From Dehalococcoidia bacterium (lineage in GTDB: Bacteria > Chloroflexota > Dehalococcoidia > Lucifugimonadales > Australimonadaceae), in contig OZ242348.1 of NCBI GenBank assembly GCA_965208625.1, positions 1,629,344 through 1,693,343 on the forward strand: a DNA stretch of 64,000 bases. Reading direction: 5' to 3'. The notes beneath the pieces are model-generated. The model was not told the origin of the DNA. It made no database searches and saw only the letters and a list, made by a program, of their open reading frames with translations. Below are positions 27,203-36,290 of this stretch, in pieces (the first letter of the stretch is position 1; every line of letters starts with the position of its first letter). The translations under genes were made by a program, and so were the position numbers.

Positions 27203-28006
27203 TCAGGCGGCCATCGGCAGGTCGGTCTCACCCGCAGGCGGGACTTCGCCAGGCTGGGTCTCACCCACGGGCGAGAATTCGTCATGCCGGGTCACGGCCT
27301 GGGCGTCCCTCGCCTGCTGGACCTTCCGCGCCGCGCCCTCGACGAGCCGGGTCAGCTCGGATACCGGGAGGGCGTCGAGGTCCTTGCCCGTCCTGGCCCG
27401 CACGGCGGCGCGCATCTGCGCCTCGTCGAACCCCTGGGCGACGCCGAGCTCCAGCAGTGTCCTGCGCAGCGGCGGCGCGAGCGCCTCCGCCACTCCGTCG
27501 CCGTGCAGAGCGTTGCCGAACTGATCGCCGAAGCCGCGCAGCGCCCGCTTCAACCCGTCAGTGACAGCGCCCTTGTATGCCGTCTCATGCCCCTCGGCGT
27601 TGTCGTCGGCTACGGTGTGGAAGCCCACGTCCGTGCGCGGCGGCGCGCCGGGAACGGTGACCCGCACTGTCGCGGCGTACGAGCAGGAGCGATGCACCTG
27701 CCCGGTCTCGGAGTCCACGCGCTCGGTCGCCCACTGCGAGACCTCGCCGACGACCTCGTAGCCCCAGCCGCCGTATCCGAAGATGCGGTTCGCTTGCTCG
27801 ATGGCGGTGCGCCCCTCGATGTAGGCGTACGTCTGCCCCTTCCGGCCCTTGCGGTAGGAGACCAGCCCCGGGTCGAGGGACTTCTCCAGCTCCGAGAGGA
27901 CCTTCGGCGGGAGGCTGTCCCACAGGAGGTCGTGCGGGCTGTCCGGAATGGCGTCAACGTGGACGCCGTTGTTCGATCCGTCGTGTACCGTTCCGTTCTG
28001 TGTCAT
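27203..28006 (-). CDS. Rad52/Rad22-family single-strand annealing protein
   Basis: 'YIEGRTAIEQANRIFGYGGWGYEV...ETAYKGAVTDGLKRALRGFGDQFGN'. Start at 'MTQNGTVHDG'. Confidence 0.75.
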   Translation of the reverse strand: MTQNGTVHDGSNNGVHVDAIPDSPHDLLWDSLPPKVLSELEKSLDPGLVSYRKGRKGQTYAYIEGRTAIEQANRIFGYGGWGYEVVGEVSQWATERVDSETGQVHRSCSYAATVRVTVPGAPPRTDVGFHTVADDNAEGHETAYKGAVTDGLKRALRGFGDQFGNALHGDGVAEALAPPLRRTLLELGVAQGFDEAQMRAAVRARTGKDLDALPVSELTRLVEGAARKVQQARDAQAVTRHDEFSPVGETQPGEVPPAGETDLPMAA

Positions 28007-28140
28007 TGCCAACTCCTTCGATGATGTGATGTGTTCCGTGCGATGGGGCGCGGGCTCCCGTGGGAGGACCCGTGGGCGGGGACGGCCCGGCGGTTGTCGG
28101 GCATGCGGCCTCCTTCGTGGTGGGGTTGCGGGAATCGGGA

Positions 28141-28189
28141 ACGCGGAGCGACCGCTCACCCCTCGTGGGAGAGAGTGGTCGCTCCGCGT
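28141..28189 (-). terminator. 13-bp inverted repeat ACGCGGAGCGACC-N23-GGTCGCTCCGCGT
   Basis: Sits 24 nt after the primase stop (28213), upstream of the Rad52-like start. Confidence 0.35.
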
Positions 28190-28212
28190 TGCAGGGGATG
28201 GGGTTGGGGCGG

Positions 28213-29259
28213 CTACGCAGCGGTGCGAGCGGCCTGCACGAGCAGTCGCCAGAACGTTGCGTAGCCGCGGGGGCAGGTGGCGAGGTCTGCCACATCGGCG
28301 GCCTCGCGCGGGAGGTTGACGACGGCGGCCCTGTGCCCGAGCAGTTCCGTGAATCGCTCGGAGGCCGCCTGACCCGCCGCGTCCGCATCGAACGCGAGGA
28401 AGATGCGGGAGCAACCCGACAGGGTTGCCACGATGCGCTCGGCGCCCTGCGTGCCGAGCGCGGCGCAGGCGGGCACGCCCCACTGGGCGAGCGCCAGCCA
28501 GTCGAACAGTCCCTCGGCGAGCACCGCCCACGGCGGTGCGGTGCCGAGCCGCCCGGTCCCGAGCACGGGCTTGGGACCGGGCAGCGTCTGGAACCGGGGC
28601 GAACGCTCCGGTTCCACAGCGCGTCCGGCGAGCCACCGGGCCCGCCCGGCGGCAATCAGGTCGGGGACAACCACCATCCCGGCGAACCGCTCACCGTGCT
28701 CGGTGAACAGCCCTGAGGATCTCAGCCGGTCCCGTGGGAACCCGATTGCCGTGAGATGGGCGCGCAGCCCGCCGCCCGGCGCGTAGCCGAGGCCGAGGCG
28801 GGCTGCCGTTTCGGGGCGGATGCCCCGCGAGCGCAGGTACGACTGCGCTACGGGGCTGTGCCGCAGCCGGCCGGCGTAGAACCGGGCGGCTGCAGTCAGC
28901 AGGGCGGGATCGGGCGGTGGGGAAACGGTGCGCCGGGGCGGGGACGCCGCCCTCGGACGCACGAAGGCGGCGTTGGGAGCGCCCTTCCCAACGCCGCCGT
29001 TCAGACGCCGAATCGCCTCAGGGAGGTCCAGGCTCTCGACGCGACGCACGAAATCTAGCACGTCTCCGCCCTCGCCGCATCCAAAGCAGAACCACCGCTC
29101 CGAGTCGGCATACACGGTGAAGCTCCCTTCGACCTCCTCGTGGAACGGGCACACCCCCTGGCGCACCCTGCCCCGCCCGCGCAGTTGCACGCCGGAGGCC
29201 TCCACGACGTCGCCCAACGGATTGCGGCGCTTCAGGTCTGGCAGGTCGACCATCGTCAT
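28213..29259 (-). CDS. DnaG-like DNA primase (CHC2 zinc finger + Toprim)
   Basis: 'CPFHEEVEGSFTVY...WFCFGCGEGGDVLDF' and Toprim 'IFLAFDADAAGQAA'. Start 'MTMVDLPDLK'. Confidence 0.8.
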   Translation of the reverse strand: MTMVDLPDLKRRNPLGDVVEASGVQLRGRGRVRQGVCPFHEEVEGSFTVYADSERWFCFGCGEGGDVLDFVRRVESLDLPEAIRRLNGGVGKGAPNAAFVRPRAASPPRRTVSPPPDPALLTAAARFYAGRLRHSPVAQSYLRSRGIRPETAARLGLGYAPGGGLRAHLTAIGFPRDRLRSSGLFTEHGERFAGMVVVPDLIAAGRARWLAGRAVEPERSPRFQTLPGPKPVLGTGRLGTAPPWAVLAEGLFDWLALAQWGVPACAALGTQGAERIVATLSGCSRIFLAFDADAAGQAASERFTELLGHRAAVVNLPREAADVADLATCPRGYATFWRLLVQAARTAA

Positions 29260-29720
29260 GACGCCCCTCCCGCCAGCGGGCGCAGCCCGCGCAGGCTCCG
29301 CCGAGAGACGGTCTGCCCCGGCTGCCAGCGCATGCCGAGCACAGCCAGCACTTCGAGCATCCCGTCCTGATCCGTGGGTGCGAGCACCGCGGCCCGTCCG
29401 GTTCCCGCGCTGTACACGAGGGCGCTCCGGTCCGGGAACCGCCGCTTCGCGAGGCTCACCCACTCGCCGTACGCCCACCGCGTTTCGTTCGCCGGCGCGC
29501 TTGCAGTGTCGGCGTTTGCGAGGCTTGCCAGTGCCCCGTCGAGATCTCCCGCCTGCCGCTGACGCCGCGCTTCGTGCACGGCCTGTGCCACGCTCTGCTC
29601 GCGCTTCCCGCCGATGCTGGTGAGCAGCGCGTCGATCACCCGGCTTGCCAGCTCCTCCAGCCTCCGCTCGGGTCGCTCCGTCACCATCCGGTCGTTGAGT
29701 CTCACCGTTCCCGTCGTCAT
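29256..29720 (-). CDS. Hypothetical protein, translationally coupled to the primase
   Basis: 154 aa. Its stop overlaps the primase ATG. Confidence 0.5.
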   Translation of the reverse strand: MTTGTVRLNDRMVTERPERRLEELASRVIDALLTSIGGKREQSVAQAVHEARRQRQAGDLDGALASLANADTASAPANETRWAYGEWVSLAKRRFPDRSALVYSAGTGRAAVLAPTDQDGMLEVLAVLGMRWQPGQTVSRRSLRGLRPLAGGAS

Positions 29721-29947
29721 CGAGTCCTCCTTTTCGTTGTCGCTCTGTTCTTGTTGCCGGTTCCCATGAGCCGCAGGACCAGCAGCCCCACCCAGGCGAA
29801 GCCAACTGCATTCAGGGCGAAGAGCTCCAGGCTGCCGGTCAAGGGCAGAGGCCCCACCAGCAGCAGGAGCACCGCCGCCAGCGCGAACGGCCTCCTGCGC
29901 CTGCTCACGAAACCCACGGCCACTCTGATCAGAGTCCAGACGTTCAT
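29717..29947 (-). CDS. Small membrane protein (hypothetical)
   Basis: 76 aa 'MNVWTLIRVAVGFVSRRRRPFALAAVLLLLVGPL...'. RBS GGAGG. The N-terminus is paralogous to 30030-30218. Confidence 0.45.
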   Translation of the reverse strand: MNVWTLIRVAVGFVSRRRRPFALAAVLLLLVGPLPLTGSLELFALNAVGFAWVGLLVLRLMGTGNKNRATTKRRTR

Positions 29948-29970
29948 GCGCACCTCCTTGGCGTTAAGCG

Positions 29971-30006
29971 CGAGAAGGGGCGGTGGGTTGTCCCACAGCC
30001 CCTTCT
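29971..30006 (-). terminator. Stem-loop GAGAAGGGGC-N16-GCCCCTTCTC
   Basis: Sits 24 nt after the stop at 30030, before the RBS of 29947. Confidence 0.3.
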
Positions 30007-30029
30007 CTTCGCCGATGTTCGTTGCGGCC

Positions 30030-30218
30030 CTAGTAGCCGTCCTCGTTCTCACTCTCGTGACAGTCGCGGCAGACCGAGACCCCGCCCGGATACCGCGTCG
30101 CAGAGTCGTCCGGGATCCCGCAGTACGCGCACTCGGGCGTGTAGCGCACCCCGAACTCCGTTCTCCTTCGCCGGTCGACCAGTCCAACTACCGTCCGAAT
30201 CAGTCCTGCGACGTGCAT
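30030..30218 (-). CDS. Small Cys-rich protein (hypothetical)
   Basis: 62 aa 'MHVAGLIRTVVGLVDRRRRTEFGVRYTPECAYCG...VCRDCHESENEDGY'. Confidence 0.4.
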   Translation of the reverse strand: MHVAGLIRTVVGLVDRRRRTEFGVRYTPECAYCGIPDDSATRYPGGVSVCRDCHESENEDGY

Positions 30219-30610
30219 GCGCACCCCCTCGTTGTCTTGTCCAGCGCCCGGCATCCGAGGGCGGCGGACGTGTTCGGTAAACGGCTGGCAAACGGGCAGA
30301 CTCCGCCCCCGGTGGATGCCTGGACCGGGAGACGGCGCGTTGGGGTTCGAGCGCCGGCTCGCGCGCGGTTGGAACGCGGAGCGGCCATGGCGGAAGACGC
30401 ATGGAACAGCGGAACCCCTCGGTGAGGAACCTGCTCCGCGCGGACATGACGAGGCCGAGCCTGGGCGTTGACAGCGCCGCAGACCGGCTCGTGCGTGTGA
30501 CCCCAGCGGTGCGGGTTGTGCCGCAGGCGCGAGGCGTGGTCAGAGCGTTCGATGCACTCCGGCCGTGCTATGGAGAGACCAAGCGCAAGGCGCGCTCAGT
30601 CCCAGGAGTC

Positions 30611-30805
30611 CGGCGGAAGGAGCGATCAACGCCAACTCGCCAGACGGGTGCCCAGCGGCTGAAGGAGCGATCAAACCCAACCGCCAGACGAGCTTCCGGC
30701 TGGTGACAGGACCAACGTCAACTGCAACCGCCGGACCGGACCGAGGGCGAAGCGTCAACTCCGTCGTTCCGGCCCGCGCTGCCTGCGGAGGACCAACGTC
30801 GAACC
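30611..30805. repeat. Iteron-like direct repeats in an approx 0.8 kb non-coding gap
   Basis: CGGC[G/T]GAAGGAGCGATCAA...CCAAC..CGCCAGACG at 30611-30648 and 30656-30692 (45-bp period). AGGACCAACGTC at 30708 and 30789. Related GAAGCGTCAAC at about 30748. Confidence 0.7.
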
Positions 30806-31049
30806 CCGCGGCGGCAGCATTCCCTCTTGGGCGACACTCAGGTCGGACCCGTGCAACAGGGATCACGCACCCAGGCTTCTATGGCGGGAAACCTTGGAGA
30901 AAGCCAGACAACACAGCCATTATCAGCACACCCAAGACCCAGATGGAAGGACTTCGGGCCGTTGCCGCCCAGATCGTTCGATCTGGTTCACATCCAGTTC
31001 AACAACAGTTCACATGTTTCACGCAAGGGCCCCGGGCATTCCACGCTGA

Positions 31050-31898
31050 TCATTCCCACCAGATTCCCAGCGTAAGCACGCGCCGCAGACATCGCAGCCG
31101 CTCCTGCTGTGCCCGTTCCCTCCGCGTGTTGAAGAGCGCCTTCCTGCGCCAGGTGGTCTGCCCGCCGCGGTCGAAGCCGCGCAGCGGCCGCTTCTCCGGG
31201 GGCAGCGTCATGCCGTGGGTATCGAGCAGCGCCAGCTCTACCACCAGGAGTCGCTCCTTCTCCGCCAGCCATGCGAGTCCCTTGCCCTCGTTGGGGTGCG
31301 TATTCTTCAGCGTCCGCCACTCGACGATCAGCGGCCAGGCGTCCCCGAACACCTCCTCGTCGTCATCGGCAGCCTCGCGGGTCACGAGGTCGGGATACTC
31401 GCGCCGCATCTCTGACCGCGATGCGGGCTTCCTGACCTGGCCCGACGCACTGCTCTCCGACATACCGAAACCCTCCGGCTGAGGACCGGCCCCGGTCCCC
31501 CGAGAGTCGTCCCTCCGCAGCGCCGCAACCCGGCCTTCGATGGCAGCCAGCCGTCTCCGCAGCTCCTTGCCCAGCTCATCCTGCCCCTTCTCCAGCGTTT
31601 CATGGCCCTGTTCCAATCCATCGACCCGCGCCTCCAGCGCCTCGTTGCGTTCCCGCTGACGCTCCGCTGCCGATCCGATGCCCTCCTGCAGCGCTCGCTC
31701 CAGGGCGTGGCGCACCCGGCGTGACAGATGCCCGGTCTTTGCGGCCTCGGTCATGGTCTGCGGGTCGATCTCGAGCAGCCGTGCGGTGCCCTTGTATCCC
31801 CTCTCTCGCATGAGCTCCTGCAACAGCGCCATGAGCCGCAGGTGGTAGACGTTCTCCACATCCCTGCTCTCCTCGATGCCATGTCCGGTCGTCTTCAT
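31050..31898 (-). CDS. Hypothetical coiled-coil protein with HTH-like N-terminus
   Basis: 282 aa. It is the first gene of the minus-strand block next to the divergent intergenic region. Confidence 0.5.
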   Translation of the reverse strand: MKTTGHGIEESRDVENVYHLRLMALLQELMRERGYKGTARLLEIDPQTMTEAAKTGHLSRRVRHALERALQEGIGSAAERQRERNEALEARVDGLEQGHETLEKGQDELGKELRRRLAAIEGRVAALRRDDSRGTGAGPQPEGFGMSESSASGQVRKPASRSEMRREYPDLVTREAADDDEEVFGDAWPLIVEWRTLKNTHPNEGKGLAWLAEKERLLVVELALLDTHGMTLPPEKRPLRGFDRGGQTTWRRKALFNTRRERAQQERLRCLRRVLTLGIWWE

Positions 31899-32374
31899 GG
31901 ATTCGCCCTCCTCCTCCTGGATTCTCCTCCGGCCTGATCCGGTGTTGGCCCTGCCCTCTGTTGCCGCCGCGCGTCATGCACCCCCACGTCGATCGCCATT
32001 TCCGTCCTGTTTTCCACCGCACCCGCCGCTCTTGTGCCGTGCAGACACCCCCACGTCAATCGCATTCTGTGGATTCAGACCGGACTCCGCTGTTTCAACG
32101 AAGTGTTCACTGTCCACGTTGCTGTAGGGGGGCGCTTTACCGCTGTACGACGTGCGAAATCACGACTTCACCCGCTCCGTTACAGAACTCGATCTCCTGT
32201 ACACCCCCAATACATCACAGAGAGAGCGCGTTCCGGAAGGCGCTTGGGAGATATGCCTCGCAAGGTATACCTCTCCGGACATCCCCTGCAGGCTGACCCT
32301 CGCGGGGTATATCTCGCAGGCGGTTTTCACCGGTATCTCGTCCGCCCACACTCGTTCGCGACCGCTGCGGTCCG
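31899..32374. promoter_or_regulatory. Divergent control region between the establishment and T4SS modules (candidate promoters / oriT)
   Basis: 476 bp non-coding. Direct repeats CACCCCCACGTC[G/A]ATCGC(C)ATT at 31979 and 32046. GGTAT(A)(N)CTC motifs at 32264, 32306 and 32332. Confidence 0.4.
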
Positions 32375-32998
32375 ATGAACCGCGGCAGATCACGCGGAGA
32401 GGTGGACGAGTTGGAACAGAGATCGAAACTCCGGTCCGTTGGGCGTCTGATTCCCCTGGTGTCCGCGCTGCTGTTGGCGGCGCTTGCAGCCGCAACCGCG
32501 AGCAATGCGGTCTTCGCCCAGAGCGGCGATCTCACGCTCCTCAACCACGATAGGGACTTCGTCGAGCGCAAGAAGGACGGGCGCTTCATCGCCCGCCCCG
32601 TCTTCGACCGGCAGGTCTCCACCATCCACTACGGCATCCGCCATCCGGAGACCGGCGACTGGATCACCTCCATGTTCCGCGTGCAGTCGGTGGGCAACCG
32701 GCTTGCAGACGGCTGGGAATACTCGTGGAACTATCCCGTCGTGCCCCAGCAGCCGGACCTCTCAGCGGACGAGGCCTTCCTGCTCGTGATCGTCGCCGTG
32801 CATGGCGGGGACCACCACACATTCAATGCCGTGATCCCCATCTATCAGCCCACGAGCCTGTGGGACCGCGTGCTGGCCGCTCTCGATCCGAACCGGCTGG
32901 CCCGCGCATTCGCCCGGTGGATCGTCGAGGGCATCCATGGGGCGCTCTGCGGCATCGTGGAACGGATATCGGGCGCCGATGCCTGCGGTGGGGGATAG
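32375..32998 (+). CDS. Secreted protein of the T4SS module (hypothetical)
   Basis: 207 aa with signal peptide 'LIPLVSALLLAALAAATASNAVFAQ'. Confidence 0.5.
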   Translation: MNRGRSRGEVDELEQRSKLRSVGRLIPLVSALLLAALAAATASNAVFAQSGDLTLLNHDRDFVERKKDGRFIARPVFDRQVSTIHYGIRHPETGDWITSMFRVQSVGNRLADGWEYSWNYPVVPQQPDLSADEAFLLVIVAVHGGDHHTFNAVIPIYQPTSLWDRVLAALDPNRLARAFARWIVEGIHGALCGIVERISGADACGGG

Positions 32999-33004
32999 CC
33001 TCCC

Positions 33005-34084
33005 ATGGAAGACGTCCTCACCGGCACTCCCGCCGCGCTCACCCACGCGCACCCCATCGTCCTGCAGGCATGGGCGACGGTCTGGGCCGTCACCTCGGGC
33101 GCTCTCGTCGTCATCATCGGCTGGATCGGTCTCAGCCTGATCGTCTCGGAGCATCTCGGCAGGCCGCAGGCGGGCTGGCGCGAGCTGGTGCCCCGGCTCG
33201 TGCTGGGGCTGGTCGCGGCCGCATCGTCGCTCTGGTGGTGCGCCCTCGTCATCGACACTGCCGACGCAATCTCCGGCTTTGTGGCCGCATCGCTCGGCTT
33301 CACGGCGGGAGACCTGCTCCGGGCATCGGTCGACACGCTGCTCACGGCGGTCCAGACCGGAAGCGCGGGAGCGGCCATCCTCATCGCCATCCTCTATCTC
33401 GTCTATGGCTTCTTCGTCCTCTATGTGCTCGTGCAGATGCTGCTGCGCATCGCACTGATCGATCTGCTGCTGGCGCTCGCTCCCATCGCGCTGGGGCTGT
33501 GGATACTGCCGCATACCGCGGGATGGGGGCGCCATTGGCTGCGGCTGTTCATGACGGCGGTCTTCCAGCAGGCGATCCAGCTCATCGCGCTGTCGATGGG
33601 CTTCACGATGCTGAACGAGTTCGCGGCCATCGGGACATTCGAGCCCGCCCAGGACCTGATCTGGAAGCTCATCCTCTCGGCTGCATTCATCTATCTCGCC
33701 ACGCGTGTGCCCTCGCTGCTCGGCAATGCGGGCACATTCGATGCGTGGCTCCACACCCTCTACTTCGGGATGTCGCTGCCCGGCACGGCGATGCGCGCCG
33801 CGCGGTCGATAGGCCCGATGGTCGCGGGCGCGATGGGAGGGCCGGGCGGCGTGGCCGCCGGAGCGGCAGTGGCAGGCAGTGTGGCGGGTGCTGCGGGCGG
33901 CATCGGCAGCGCGGCAGCCGGCGCGATGTCGGGCGGCTCCGCGGCAGGAGCCTCCGCCGCCGGGAGCGCGGGTGCTGCATCGGCAGCATCCGCAGGGGGC
34001 ATGGGGGCCGCGCGCTCCGCAGCCGATACGGCGACACCGCCGGGAGCGGGCGGAGCGGCAACACCGCGGAGCAGCAGCGAGTAA
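33005..34084 (+). CDS. Polytopic membrane protein, VirB6/TrbL-like
   Basis: 359 aa with at least 6 predicted TM helices and a C-terminal Ala/Gly-rich tail. Its position is typical for VirB6 analogues. Confidence 0.5.
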   Translation: MEDVLTGTPAALTHAHPIVLQAWATVWAVTSGALVVIIGWIGLSLIVSEHLGRPQAGWRELVPRLVLGLVAAASSLWWCALVIDTADAISGFVAASLGFTAGDLLRASVDTLLTAVQTGSAGAAILIAILYLVYGFFVLYVLVQMLLRIALIDLLLALAPIALGLWILPHTAGWGRHWLRLFMTAVFQQAIQLIALSMGFTMLNEFAAIGTFEPAQDLIWKLILSAAFIYLATRVPSLLGNAGTFDAWLHTLYFGMSLPGTAMRAARSIGPMVAGAMGGPGGVAAGAAVAGSVAGAAGGIGSAAAGAMSGGSAAGASAAGSAGAASAASAGGMGAARSAADTATPPGAGGAATPRSSSE

Positions 34085-34241
34085 CGACGGATACCCGGCG
34101 CGGATGCGGTCCGCGCCAAACCACCACTCACCAGGAGGAGAGAGAGCCATGTGCCAGTGATGCGAACGACAGGCCGGTGAGAACACCCATGAACCAACGA
34201 GACCGGGCGGCGAACCCCCGGCAGACAGGAGAGCAACGGAA

Positions 34242-34532
34242 ATGGAACAACTGACGCAGACCATCTCGAATCTGGTGGGCATCCTGCTGGGACTGGTGGG
34301 GGCTGTGGGCGTGGGCTTCTTCGTCTATGGCGCCTACCTCTACTTAACGGCCAGCGGCGCGCCGCATCAGATGGAGCGGGGCAAGAGCGCCATGATGACC
34401 GCCATCGCGGGCATCGTGCTCGCCATGGTGGCCTACGGCGTCGTCGACCTCGTCATGAATGCGGTCGTCAATCCCGCGGTCACTCCCAATGTTCCCGACC
34501 CTGCAACCCCGACACCCATTCCCGGCGGATAG
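34242..34532 (+). CDS. VirB2/TrbC-like pilin-type small membrane protein
   Basis: 96 aa with two hydrophobic helices flanking 'TASGAPHQMERGKSAMM', and a Pro-rich tail. Confidence 0.5.
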   Translation: MEQLTQTISNLVGILLGLVGAVGVGFFVYGAYLYLTASGAPHQMERGKSAMMTAIAGIVLAMVAYGVVDLVMNAVVNPAVTPNVPDPATPTPIPGG

Positions 34533-34559
34533 CCGGAACAGCACAAGGAGAAGACAGAG

Positions 34560-36290
34560 ATGCAAGCACACGAAGTGCCCACTCACGTGCAGGCCGAGGA
34601 CAAGGTCCTGCTCTGGTTCACCTTTCCGCAGATCGTGGCAATCACGGCGGTGGGGGCGCTCGCCTATGGCATCTATCGCTATGCCCCCATCCCGTCGTCC
34701 GAGGTGCGCATCGCCCTCGCCGTCCTCTTCGCGCTGGCCGGCCTCGCGGCCATCGTGGGGAGGGTCGGCGGGCGGCGGCTGCCCCTGGTGGCCGCCGATC
34801 TGCTCCAATACCGTCTGGGGGGCCGGATCTATGCCGGCCCTCCGGCAGAGCTGGTTCGGAGCGAGCCGCCCGCTCCCCTGAACGACAGTCCCGGTCTGAT
34901 CCAGCAGATGACGGAGAAGGCGCGGCACCGCCTCCGCAGGCTGCGCAGAGGGAGCAAGCGGCGCAGGGGGCGTGAGCGGCGGAATGGCCGCAGGCCGCTG
35001 CGCTGGCTTCGCAGACCCCGGGAGCGGGGCAAGGGCGATGGCGGTCATGCCGCCATGCGGCGCATGGCCCTGCTCGCCGCCCTTGCACTGTTCACTCTGA
35101 CCGCGGTGGCCGCATCCGGCACACCCACGCCAGCCCCGGCACCGGAACCGACGCCGGGGCCGGGCACCCCGTATCCCCAGGACAGTCCGGACCGCTGGCG
35201 GAACGAGATCGATTTCGACCCACCCGAACCCGTCCCCGGACGGCGGCTCTACATCGAGAGTCTCGCGGTCTTCGAGGACAGGGCGACGGTCACTCTCCGG
35301 GCCGCCACGGATGTCGACCTCACCGTGCAGGCATTCGGAGGGCCGGAGGGCCGTGAGCTGGACTTCTGGGGAGCGGCCAGCGTCCGCGCGGGACGGAGCG
35401 TCTTCTACACGCTGCCGCTCTCCGGGGACGCTCCCTCATTCACCTTCGCCTGGGTGGATGCGTCAGGACTTGCCGGCGGGCTCAGCCTCGAGGGCGATCA
35501 GCTGCCGCATCCCCTGCCCATCGTGGAGGGAGAGCTCTGCGATGCCCGCGTCACGCAGATCCGGTGGAGTCCGGGCTCCATCACCGGGCGGCTGGAGGCC
35601 GGGGAGTGCATCTCCAACATCGAGCACCCCATCGATCTCACCCTGGTCCAGGGGGAGGCGCACATCGCGGGGCCCCTGGTCATGAAGACCAGCGTGACGG
35701 ATGTCCACGGCTCCGTCACGGTCTCCTCAGGCGATGCGGCCACCACGGTGAATCTCGACCCGCCCGGCAGCGCGGCCTTCCAACTGTCCGTTCCGCCCGG
35801 CCAGCGTCTGCACGAGCTGACCATCGAGGCCGCCTTCGAAGCGAACCTGCGGGCCAACGCTCCGCCGCTGGTGACCCTCACTCTCATACCGGAGCGAGAG
35901 GAGACCCGCCTGGTGCCGGTGGAGGTTTGGCGCCCCGGCACGAGCAATGTCGTCCGCGACACGGTCACCGTCCGGAACAAGGACGGCACCACATCCTCCC
36001 ACGACATATCCGCCCGGCTCAGCATCCCTGGCGAGTTCATCACGGTCGTGCCCCAGGTCCTGATCAAGCATCCGGAGTTCATCCTGGGCACGGTGGACCC
36101 CCGCGGGAGCGCCTACGGCAGCAGAGAGGAGACCGTGCAGATGGCGCTGCCCATCGGATCGGATGCCCCCTATGCGCCATTCACGCCGCCCCCGCAGCCG
36201 ACACCGACGCCTTCTCCCGTCCAGACGCAGCTCACCGAGGCCGAGGCGGACTGGCTCTTCGGATTCCTCGGTTGGGAGTGGCCGTGGTGA
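34560..36290 (+). CDS. PrgI/VirB3-like membrane domain fused to an approx 400-aa extracytoplasmic domain
   Basis: N-terminus 'VPTHVQAEDKVLLWFTFPQIVAITAVGALAYGIY' resembles PrgI-family proteins. The rest is beta-rich and Pro/Thr-linked. Confidence 0.55.
   Translation: MQAHEVPTHVQAEDKVLLWFTFPQIVAITAVGALAYGIYRYAPIPSSEVRIALAVLFALAGLAAIVGRVGGRRLPLVAADLLQYRLGGRIYAGPPAELVRSEPPAPLNDSPGLIQQMTEKARHRLRRLRRGSKRRRGRERRNGRRPLRWLRRPRERGKGDGGHAAMRRMALLAALALFTLTAVAASGTPTPAPAPEPTPGPGTPYPQDSPDRWRNEIDFDPPEPVPGRRLYIESLAVFEDRATVTLRAATDVDLTVQAFGGPEGRELDFWGAASVRAGRSVFYTLPLSGDAPSFTFAWVDASGLAGGLSLEGDQLPHPLPIVEGELCDARVTQIRWSPGSITGRLEAGECISNIEHPIDLTLVQGEAHIAGPLVMKTSVTDVHGSVTVSSGDAATTVNLDPPGSAAFQLSVPPGQRLHELTIEAAFEANLRANAPPLVTLTLIPEREETRLVPVEVWRPGTSNVVRDTVTVRNKDGTTSSHDISARLSIPGEFITVVPQVLIKHPEFILGTVDPRGSAYGSREETVQMALPIGSDAPYAPFTPPPQPTPTPSPVQTQLTEAEADWLFGFLGWEWPW

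Noticed and set aside
16473-29811. Long N-terminal extensions of minus-strand ORFs (ThiF 433 aa, RadC 239 aa, SSB 162 aa, Rad52-like 477 aa, primase 532 aa, MTase 418 aa, and the Zn-ribbon ORFs of 286 and 381 aa)
   Set aside because: The extensions are Arg/Pro/Gly-rich and overlap upstream genes. Family-typical N-termini begin at internal Met codons, which were adopted.
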